Source of the DNA: an uncultured Verrucomicrobiae bacterium
GTDB taxonomy: Bacteria > Verrucomicrobiota > Verrucomicrobiia > Chthoniobacterales > UBA10450
Assembly: GCA_963825355.1 (NCBI GenBank)
Contig: CAWGSY010000001.1
Coordinates: 1,074-65,073, forward strand
DNA: 64,000 bases
Reading direction: 5' to 3'
Below the pieces are notes generated by a model, which worked only from the letters and a program-made list of their open reading frames with translations, ran no database searches and was not told the origin of the DNA. The translations under genes and the position numbers were made by a program. This document shows positions 56,856-64,000 of this stretch, piece by piece. Each line of letters opens with the position of its first letter. The stretch's first letter is position 1.

Positions 56856-58271
56856 GTCAGTTGACCAGCTAACACGGGGGCCAGCACTAAGGGCGGAAAC
56901 AGTTTGCGCTTGCGGCAGTCGTCCAAACCGCTTCGTCGCCCACATCTCAATTAGGCGAACGAAGACGTATGCAAATACGACAGGCCAAAGCACCAGCAGA
57001 GTGATGTCGCGTCCGAGATTGAAGGTAAGAGCGGCGCCAAGCATGAACAACGCCAGGCGCAGCACCGATTTTCTTTGTTCCCACCAGCGGATGAGGAGAC
57101 CAGTCCAAAACGCCATCAGCATGCCGGCTGCCACTGGACCAAGGATTTGGCCAAAGTTCAAGACGCCGCCGCCGATCATTCCACTGGCAATGGTCGTGTT
57201 CACACCCAGATCACTGTCGTTCTCAAATCCACGCCACTTCGCGTAGTCAATTCCAAGCAATGGCTTTGAAGGCCAGATCGAGCGAGGAATAAAGTTAAGC
57301 AGCTCATCCAAATATCTTGAGCCATACGCTGGAGACGTCTCACCGGAATCCAGGTAAAGATTCACAAAACAAAGCTCCCCAATCATGTTCAGGCCGACTG
57401 TTCCCACATCTTCATCTATAAGCTGATACGGATTCTCACTAGCGAGTACCTCTCTGAAGCCACTGAGGCGAAATGCCTGCACAAACTTGAAACCCTCTTT
57501 CAAGCAGAAAAACGTCACCGCCAGAATCGCCAGTTTCAGGATCAGCAGATGACGTCCATAAAACAGATAGGTGATGATGAACGGCAGAGTGACTGCAAGG
57601 AACCCGCTGCGCGTTCCCGACAAAAAGTAATAAGGGAGCGTAATGGCGAACATTGCGCCAGCGAGGATGCGCCAGAAAGTGGTCCGTTGGAAAAATACCA
57701 ACATGCCAAGAAACGCTGTCACGGCGCTAAAGAGATACGACGCCGAGTTGATCAGAAAATCGGTCGGCGAACCCACCACTAGAAACATCGTCATGCCTGC
57801 GCGGGAATCGACCGGAAACACCGCGCCGATCACGTCCCCACCCATCCGATAGATCCCAAGCGCAAAGAGCAGAACCCAAAGCGCCCCGACGGCAATTAAG
57901 ATCTGTTCCGGGGCCATGCGCTGCATTGCAAAAACGCCAGTACTTCGCGGGCTGAGAATCCAACGTGCTGTCACCGGCACGACAACGCGGAACCCGATTA
58001 AAAACAGTAGTACCTGCCCATAACTCAGGCTTAACGAAGAGGAAGGCAGATAATTATACTCCTCCGGGTTCATTATCGGATCGATAAAATACCATGCGAA
58101 TACCGTTACGTACACCCCGACCGTGATGCCAAAGCTATCCCGGTTCAGCAGCTTGAAGCAGCTTTCTGCCGTCAACACAACCAACACCAGAGCGGCGAGA
58201 TAGAAAGTTAGTTCATTCGCAACTGCGGACCGAAGGAAAACGTCAAAAGACGTAGAAGTTGAAAGAATCAC
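56835..58271 (-). CDS. O-antigen / oligosaccharide repeat-unit polymerase (Wzy)-like membrane protein
   Basis: 478 aa, more than 10 TM segments, with 'LSGTRSGFLAV' and 'NFIPRSIWPSKP', as in Wzy-type polymerases. Confidence 0.55.
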   Translation of the reverse strand: MILSTSTSFDVFLRSAVANELTFYLAALVLVVLTAESCFKLLNRDSFGITVGVYVTVFAWYFIDPIMNPEEYNYLPSSSLSLSYGQVLLFLIGFRVVVPVTARWILSPRSTGVFAMQRMAPEQILIAVGALWVLLFALGIYRMGGDVIGAVFPVDSRAGMTMFLVVGSPTDFLINSASYLFSAVTAFLGMLVFFQRTTFWRILAGAMFAITLPYYFLSGTRSGFLAVTLPFIITYLFYGRHLLILKLAILAVTFFCLKEGFKFVQAFRLSGFREVLASENPYQLIDEDVGTVGLNMIGELCFVNLYLDSGETSPAYGSRYLDELLNFIPRSIWPSKPLLGIDYAKWRGFENDSDLGVNTTIASGMIGGGVLNFGQILGPVAAGMLMAFWTGLLIRWWEQRKSVLRLALFMLGAALTFNLGRDITLLVLWPVVFAYVFVRLIEMWATKRFGRLPQAQTVSALSAGPRVSWSTDSLIARS

Positions 58272-58460
58272 GAGAAATTGCTAGAGAGTTGAGCCCAGGC
58301 GCTGCAGCTGGTTGGCAAGCACTTCGATTGTGAACTTATCACGCACACCTGACGCGGACGCAAGCTTTTCCAGCCGGTCCAGAGTCGCGGTGCAGTCACG
58401 GTCCGCGTGTACGATGCACGTGGGCAGTCGGGCTGACCGTTGTCTCTTGATTCCCAGCTT

Positions 58461-59690
58461 CTATGGTTTGTCTCCGAACTTTTGCCTGAGCGCAGCCAAC
58501 AAGCGTTCGCCGTACCGTTCCCACGTATAATCGTATACTCGGTCACGCGCGGCGCGCGACATCCACTCGCGTTTTTGCCGATCCTCAACAATCTCGGCAA
58601 TCGCGTTCGATACCGCTTCGGGGTCTCGCGACGGCACAATGCGTCCGTCAATGCCGTCCCGCACAACCGATCCCGCCTCTGGGGTCGTCACAACCGGAAC
58701 TCCGCAGGCTAGAGCTTCATAGGTTGTTTCCGCCGAGCCTTCTGCGAGCGACGGTAGCACAAACAGATCGGCAACCGCGAATTCCCGGATCATTCCCGCA
58801 CGCGGTACCCGGCCGAGAAACGTCAGATAACGACACTGTCTTCGGTTCGCAACCGATTGTTCTACATTGCCAGCAACTCGGAACTCATAATGCAACCCGT
58901 GCTCGACAAGTTTTTCCGCGGCCAAAGCGAGATAATGGATGCCTTTCCGCAGTTCCGCGGTCCCGGCAAAGAGAATCCGGCCGCGCACTGGTTCGTTGCG
59001 CACAGAAAACAATCCCGGATTTATCCCGTAAGGCACGATCGCCGTGCGTTCGCTTGGGAATCCAAAGTTGCGAACCAGATCATCGCGCACCCATTCCGAG
59101 GGGCAGATCACAGAATCCGCCTCCTCACGTGGGCCACCCGAGGATTCAAACCCGCGGCAGACGGCGGCGTAGTCAGGCACGTTTTCTTCCCAAGCGGGGA
59201 ACCTCTTTCTCTCCTCCGTCAGAATGCGCTCAGTGCTCAGCGGGACATAAATCTCGGACACAGTGACAAGGCCGCGCCGTTTCCCTTCGGCAAACAGTGG
59301 ACCGCATTCGCCAAGCATCGAGTACATGTGGGTAGCACTGCCAAAGCCACACCGCATCATCGCCATGCCAAGCGCATCGGAAAAACGAACCCCCTCACGA
59401 CACGCCGCGGCCGGGTCGCGCGCCACCATCGCTTCACGTAAAGCGTGAACCAGGCTGAGACCCGGAAAGGTCGTTGTTTTTGCACGAATGTTGAACGGCA
59501 AACGCCGTGCGGCCAACCGGCGCGCGGATTTGCCGATAAAGGGCAACACGGCAGCGGCAGAAAAGACGGCGCCAAGACCAATGTCGCCCGTGATGTCAGT
59601 GTAGAAGTGGTCAAGCATTCCAGCTTTTTCCAGAATGGCCGGCACCGCGTAACTGCGCCGCGCGCCAACCTGAGCAACGATGAATTTCAC
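58461..59690 (-). CDS. Family 4 (GT-B) glycosyltransferase
   Basis: 'LPSLAEGSAETTYEALACGVPVVTT' (EX7E motif). Confidence 0.85.
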   Translation of the reverse strand: MKFIVAQVGARRSYAVPAILEKAGMLDHFYTDITGDIGLGAVFSAAAVLPFIGKSARRLAARRLPFNIRAKTTTFPGLSLVHALREAMVARDPAAACREGVRFSDALGMAMMRCGFGSATHMYSMLGECGPLFAEGKRRGLVTVSEIYVPLSTERILTEERKRFPAWEENVPDYAAVCRGFESSGGPREEADSVICPSEWVRDDLVRNFGFPSERTAIVPYGINPGLFSVRNEPVRGRILFAGTAELRKGIHYLALAAEKLVEHGLHYEFRVAGNVEQSVANRRQCRYLTFLGRVPRAGMIREFAVADLFVLPSLAEGSAETTYEALACGVPVVTTPEAGSVVRDGIDGRIVPSRDPEAVSNAIAEIVEDRQKREWMSRAARDRVYDYTWERYGERLLAALRQKFGDKP

Positions 59691-59837
59691 AAGGAAAAAT
59701 GCTGAAAGACTGAAAGCTTGGATTCTGAAATATGTTTACCAGTTTAGGTCGCCAGTTGCTTCGCCCAGCCACCTGGGTCGCCTCCCATGCGCGTGAAGCC
59801 TTGCGGGCGGAGTGCGATATAAAGCCACTTCATTGTT

Positions 59838-60248
59838 TTACGGCAACGCGAGCCGGCGTTTGTAACTTGCCATGAAACAAGCGTGCGCTTTCGAAGACAA
59901 GACGGAATTCCAGCTAACGCCTGATACCACCAGGTGGGGCTCCCGAATTACCCACGACCAGCCTCGCTTACAGGCGTAAAGAAACTGGGAGGAAACGCGC
60001 TCCCTGAAGTCACGAGCTCCCGCAAGCATTTCAAAGAGCACTAACGACGAATTAAACGCTTTTACTCGCGCGTCACGTAGCCCGATGTGGAACCTATGCC
60101 TGAACTTCGAACTGTGTCCGCGGGATTGCGCAAGCAAAGACGAAGGCTGGACCCACGCGTCTGTTACGAGAGACTTGAGCATGCCGTTGCGAAACAATGC
60201 CGGGGAATCGCATAGTGTTCCCGCGCGCCGAGCTGATAGCAAACCCAT
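59838..60248 (-). pseudogene. 3' fragment of a GT2 gene, paralogous to the end of 61751..62713
   Basis: 'SQFLYACKRGWSWVIREP' and the terminal '...YKRRLALP' parallel 'SQFRYACKRGWSWVVREP...YKRWLALP'. DNA 59838-60010 aligns with 61751-61920. The fragment is frameshifted relative to the intact copy and has no N-terminal GT2 domain. Confidence 0.7.
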
Positions 60249-60293
60249 TGCAAACGCGATGAGTCGGATGCATCAATAGTGCGCACGACGCTG

Positions 60294-61610
60294 TCAACTC
60301 TGCTGGAAATAGGTCCACAAAATCGCTATTCCCAGGACGCTACCAACAAACATTCGCGCTGCCCAGTAGCCGCTCCATTTAAGGGGCGGGTCGACCACCA
60401 GAAACAGCACGCCGAGACATCCTACGATGTAACGACTCGAAAATTGCGCTGGCATTTTCATCGGCGTCAGCACGAGCGCGCCAAGACTCAGCAAAAGAAA
60501 CACCTGGCCGGGATCTCGCCGGTCGCGCCAAAATGTTTTGAATGTAGTCCATGCCCAAACCGCACCAATTGCGGCAAGGACACAACCAATAATGAATCCG
60601 ATCCACAACCCAAATTGGTTGCCGAATGTGTGAACAAGCAAAGATTTTGCAGGAGGGTCTTCATAGTTCCGCACGAAACACGACAGAGCGAATCCACACA
60701 GGGTGGAGATTATCCATACTGTTACTCGCTGTCGGCAAAGCCACCCCGGATTGAGAAATAGCGTAGCCACAGCTGCGTAACTCAACGAAAACAGCAGGTT
60801 CGCAAAGCTCCAAGATGACTCAGTGATCCGGTAGTAGTGGGGTGGAGCAAGGCCATGCCAAAGCACAAATAACCAGCTGCAGACAGCGAGAGAAGTGATG
60901 ATACATATCAGTACGGACGACCACTTCTCGCGCAGCCAAAATATCAGCACGATCAACGCTGGAACAACAATTAGATATATCTGTCGTCCGAGAATTGCTG
61001 CTCCCAGGCATAATCCCGCCAGAAACGCTAACCTGAAGGTTCCTCGTGATAACACAACGTCGGAATTGATCACTCTCAGAAACAAGAGGACAAAACAGGT
61101 GAAGAAGAGTAATGCCGGTAATTCCGTCAGCGCCATGCCCACGGCGGGCCAAAGGAAAGGCACCCCCAACAGCGTGAAGCCAGACAATAATCTGGGAGGG
61201 ACAGGGTCGACCGGTTTACACCTTGGAAGCAGCAGAACAACTCCGAGGAAACAACAGAAGTTTACCCATCGAATCGCCGGCGGTTGCAAGCGCGTAATCG
61301 GAGAGAGCATCAGGTGAATTGCGGGATAGAGCGGTCCGGCGGCACTACTATTTTTAGGCGACAGCAACGCGTCGCGCCACCCGTTCGTCGCCACGAGTTG
61401 GGTCAACCCGATATGGTTGTGCTCGTCATACCTAAGTTGCGATGGACTCGTGACAATCATCGCAACCATGGCTAATAAACAGCCGGTAACGACGATTAGC
61501 TTTGCGCCTAGTCCGTGGCAAGGTACAGAAATACTCATTATCAATCTTCGCATTACCGCTGGGCTCGCAAACTTGCGCAAGCGAAATACAACACCGAGTG
61601 TGACCGTCAC
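60294..61610 (-). CDS. Polytopic membrane protein, GT-C (ArnT/PMT-like) glycosyltransferase candidate
   Basis: 438 aa, about 11 TM segments, with a first-loop 'RYDEHNH' (DE motif as in GT39/GT83). GTG start. Confidence 0.4.
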   Translation of the reverse strand: MTVTLGVVFRLRKFASPAVMRRLIMSISVPCHGLGAKLIVVTGCLLAMVAMIVTSPSQLRYDEHNHIGLTQLVATNGWRDALLSPKNSSAAGPLYPAIHLMLSPITRLQPPAIRWVNFCCFLGVVLLLPRCKPVDPVPPRLLSGFTLLGVPFLWPAVGMALTELPALLFFTCFVLLFLRVINSDVVLSRGTFRLAFLAGLCLGAAILGRQIYLIVVPALIVLIFWLREKWSSVLICIITSLAVCSWLFVLWHGLAPPHYYRITESSWSFANLLFSLSYAAVATLFLNPGWLCRQRVTVWIISTLCGFALSCFVRNYEDPPAKSLLVHTFGNQFGLWIGFIIGCVLAAIGAVWAWTTFKTFWRDRRDPGQVFLLLSLGALVLTPMKMPAQFSSRYIVGCLGVLFLVVDPPLKWSGYWAARMFVGSVLGIAILWTYFQQS

Positions 61611-61750
61611 GGCAAACCGACTTCATTCTGCTAGCGCTTCTCACAGATCTTTATCCGACTCGCTGTGTCGAGGCCGCTGTCAGGTGATTGGACGCAAAAC
61701 ACGGCGACCCAGCGCTGTGGCTACAACGCAGCGCGTCGGCGACATGAATT

Positions 61751-62713
61751 CTAAGGCAAAGCGAGCCAGCGCTTGTAACCAGCCCATGAAACAGGCCGGC
61801 GGTTTCGAAGACAGTACGGAATTCCAGATAATGCGCGCCCCCACCACACCGGTTCGCGAACGACCCACGACCACCCGCGCTTGCAGGCATAACGAAACTG
61901 CGAGAAAACGCGCCAGGCGAGGATGCCAAGCGCAAAGAGGGCAGGGCATCGCATCACGGTGCTCCATAATTCATTGCGCGCGTGACGTTGATGAACGTGC
62001 ATCTCATCGCGCCCCTGCCCGGAGTAATGGTGACGAATGGTGATAACCGGGGAGAAAAGCACGTCATAACCCGCCGCCACACATTGGAGAGCGTAGTCGG
62101 GTTCTTCATACATGTGGAAAAACCGTGACTCAAAGCCGGGTAGTTGAAGATAAGTGGATCGGCGCAGCACCGCGCCGGAATTAGCAAACGAACGCGTCAA
62201 ATGTTCCGAGCCAAAGTTTGTTTGCCCGAGTGTTTCGGGATACTCATCACTGCGCTGAGGAAAATGGAGCACGGCCAATTTCGGCCGCTGTTCAAACAAA
62301 GGGACGATGCGCCTGATGCAATCTAGCTGCTCCGGATAACTGTCGTCATCGAGGGCCAGGACCAAATCACCTCGCGCCTCTCGAATCATCCGATCACGGG
62401 AAACCACTGAACCTTGGCCCAGCTCATTTACGAACAGCCTCACGCACGGAACTTCACGTCTTGCCACCTTCACAGTGTCGTCGATGCAGCCATCGGCTGT
62501 GATGAGCACTTCCAATGGCGATGGATTCAACTGCCGTAGAACCCGACACGTCCGGCGGAAGTCACCTGCACGGTTCTTCGTTGTGATCATAACGGACAGC
62601 AATAATCCCACAACAGTTAACAGGCGGTTTCCGTTATAGCGATTCAGTTCCGGTGCCTCAATTGTCCTATCGACAATCGGCGCCACGCATAGCGAAATAT
62701 CCGAGGAACCCAA
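61751..62713 (-). CDS. Family 2 glycosyltransferase
   Basis: 'SVMITTKNRAGD', 'VLITADGCIDDT' and 'LALDDDSYP' (DxD). The start probably lies downstream of 62713, because the ORF overlaps the FkbM gene by 70 nt. Confidence 0.8.
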   Translation of the reverse strand: MGSSDISLCVAPIVDRTIEAPELNRYNGNRLLTVVGLLLSVMITTKNRAGDFRRTCRVLRQLNPSPLEVLITADGCIDDTVKVARREVPCVRLFVNELGQGSVVSRDRMIREARGDLVLALDDDSYPEQLDCIRRIVPLFEQRPKLAVLHFPQRSDEYPETLGQTNFGSEHLTRSFANSGAVLRRSTYLQLPGFESRFFHMYEEPDYALQCVAAGYDVLFSPVITIRHHYSGQGRDEMHVHQRHARNELWSTVMRCPALFALGILAWRVFSQFRYACKRGWSWVVREPVWWGRALSGIPYCLRNRRPVSWAGYKRWLALP

Positions 62714-63345
62714 ATGCCCAAAATCGTTGAAGCATAATCGATGAACGACATGTGCCGGCGATGAACAAATAAGACGTCGGAGAAGTTGGCTCGCGAAAGC
62801 CTGAAGACAAAAAATCCCAAAGCCTGGAGACGAGACACAACATCTTTAACTTCAGTCTTTGACGAACCGCCGAGCCACTCGTGGAATTCGACTGTTATCT
62901 GATCAATGGATCGCAAGAATGCGTCGGAACATGAATTGAAAACTTCGATTTCTGCACCTTCGATATCAACCTTTAGCAGGCCAATCTGAGGAATAGATTC
63001 CGTTTTCAAGAATTCGTCCAAAGATAGACCTTCAACTCTAATAGTATCAATATACTCCCAATTATCTAACCGTTTTAGAGAAGTCACTTCGTGGTTCGAA
63101 CTTATGTTTAACGCGACTGCCCCTGACCTGCCGCAAATCGCAAAATTGAACTTCTTCACGAAATCTCCAGCAGTCATTTTGGCGAATACCCGAGGGGATG
63201 CTTCCACGGCATAAACGTCGCATCGGAAACGGCTGGCCATTGCATTAGCGAACGCGCCATAATTAGCGCCAAGATCGAGAACCACAGAGTCGGCAGTTAA
63301 TAAGTCAGGGGAAATAGAATGATGCACAAGGCTTATTATTTTCAT
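62644..63345 (-). CDS. FkbM family methyltransferase
   Basis: 'VVLDLGANYGAFANAMA', 'AICGRSGAV' and 'LLKVDIEGAEIEV' are FkbM-type motifs. Confidence 0.8.
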   Translation of the reverse strand: MKIISLVHHSISPDLLTADSVVLDLGANYGAFANAMASRFRCDVYAVEASPRVFAKMTAGDFVKKFNFAICGRSGAVALNISSNHEVTSLKRLDNWEYIDTIRVEGLSLDEFLKTESIPQIGLLKVDIEGAEIEVFNSCSDAFLRSIDQITVEFHEWLGGSSKTEVKDVVSRLQALGFFVFRLSRANFSDVLFVHRRHMSFIDYASTILGIWVPRIFRYAWRRLSIGQLRHRN

Positions 63346-63417
63346 GCTATGTCATTAGAACTCTGCTATCTGCGAAGTCGCGAAACGATTCGTAACCGTC
63401 ACGATAGCGGCATTTCC

Positions 63418-64000
63418 TTACGGCCAGATTCCGCACCCATGAAGCATCTGTTTTGCCAAGCGCAAATACGACGCTTCCGAATGCCACGGCGGCGCCGATT
63501 CGTCAATCCTTAGTGGGCTGATGCCATCGTCAAACATGCATTCTCTGCTGTTTTTTATGGCTTGCCGCCAACTTTCCACGTCTTCTTTCCAGCCTTCAAA
63601 ACCACGCTCCTGGCTCTCTTTGCGAGCCTTTCAACGCGCCTCCATTTGTTTCCGCGAACGACAAAGATAGTGCTTGTAAATGATGCGCTCTTTGGTAACG
63701 ACACCGGCGTGTCGGGCCACGCCCAGTCGTCTTTCCAAATCAGACCTTCTCGATATCGAAAGGCCCGGGTTCCGACCACGCGACATAATAATGCCGCAAC
63801 AAACGCTTAACCTTCTCGAAGGGCACGGAAAAATCTATGCTACCTACGTCTTTGTCAGTAGAACGTATTCCACCATGATTCCCCAGACAAGGTCCTGTCT
63901 CCTGGGTACACGGGAATAAAATGCTCTGGGATTTCCGACATAGAATTCGTCGACGTTAAGTTGCAACCACCAGTCTTCTTTTGACGAGCGATGTCCTCCC
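63418..64000 (-). CDS. Partial glycosyltransferase-like gene (N-terminus beyond window), at least 2 frameshifts
   Basis: Own translation of three minus frames in series: 'EDWWLQLNVDEFYVGNPRAFYS...', '...AWPDTPV...', then 'KERIIYKHYLCRSRKQMEARLKGSRK...WRQAIKNSRECMFDDGISPLRIDE...GCGIWP*' (stop 63418-63420). The 'D.DEF' and 'YRS..Q...R' layout resembles GT2-like enzymes of LPS/EPS loci. Confidence 0.35.

Noticed and set aside
58272-58460. In-frame continuation after the GT4 stop: 'KLGIKRQRSARLPTCIVHADRDCTATLDRLEKLASASGVRDKFTIEVLANQLQRLGSTL*'
   Set aside because: It reads like coding sequence but has no ATG/GTG/TTG start in frame and no motif. It could be a gene remnant or read-through, and the evidence is insufficient.

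Overview
This is a chromosomal window from a moderately GC-rich bacterium. Its gene families and intergenic repeat types look Verrucomicrobiota-like; that call is tentative, made from memory, with no search possible.

**Backbone (housekeeping):** proB-proA, trxA, rimO, a rodZ-like gene, ftsK, a POT peptide transporter, queF-queC, NlpC/P60, an M20 dipeptidase, an APC permease, smc, 2-oxoacid dehydrogenase E1alpha/E1beta/E2, a NitT/TauT-type ABC transporter, tmRNA (ssrA), secDF-yajC and tRNA-Ala(CGC).

**Accessory or unusual parts:**
- (i) 18.0-21.5 kb: an operon of a divergent GS-fold (PafA/Dop/GCS2-like) carboxylate-amine ligase, an M15-like peptidase with Asp->Asn in its SxHxxGxAxD metal motif, and a class-A beta-lactamase-like hydrolase. 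It is divergent from a C26 gamma-glutamyl hydrolase.
- (ii) 47.6-56.6 kb: a segment bracketed by tRNA-Ala and a decayed tRNA-Ala copy. It carries an ECF sigma factor, a Cys-rich mini-protein and a Ser/Thr-kinase/TPR sensor, then a small secreted protein, an SdpA-like protein, an HTTM (SdpB-like) protein and a methyltransferase.
- (iii) 56.8-64 kb: a minus-strand glycan cluster (Wzy, GT4, GT-C, GT2, FkbM) with an internal GT2-fragment duplication.
- (iv) Orphan barstar-like and DUF6572-like genes around queFC. The barstar-like gene is absent from the ORF track, and the DUF6572-like gene appears there only as an N-terminally truncated ORF.
- (v) A ~90-bp palindromic intergenic repeat family (7 sites), an inverted-repeat-flanked four-helix-bundle cassette, and three sulfotransferase paralogs.

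**Reading-frame disruptions:** about 20 hit otherwise conserved genes (rimO, ftsK, rodZ-like, secDF and others), and the ABC permease carries two in-frame TGA codons. The sequence alone cannot show whether these are assembly errors or real decay.

No rRNA, CRISPR array, transposase or integrase was recognised.
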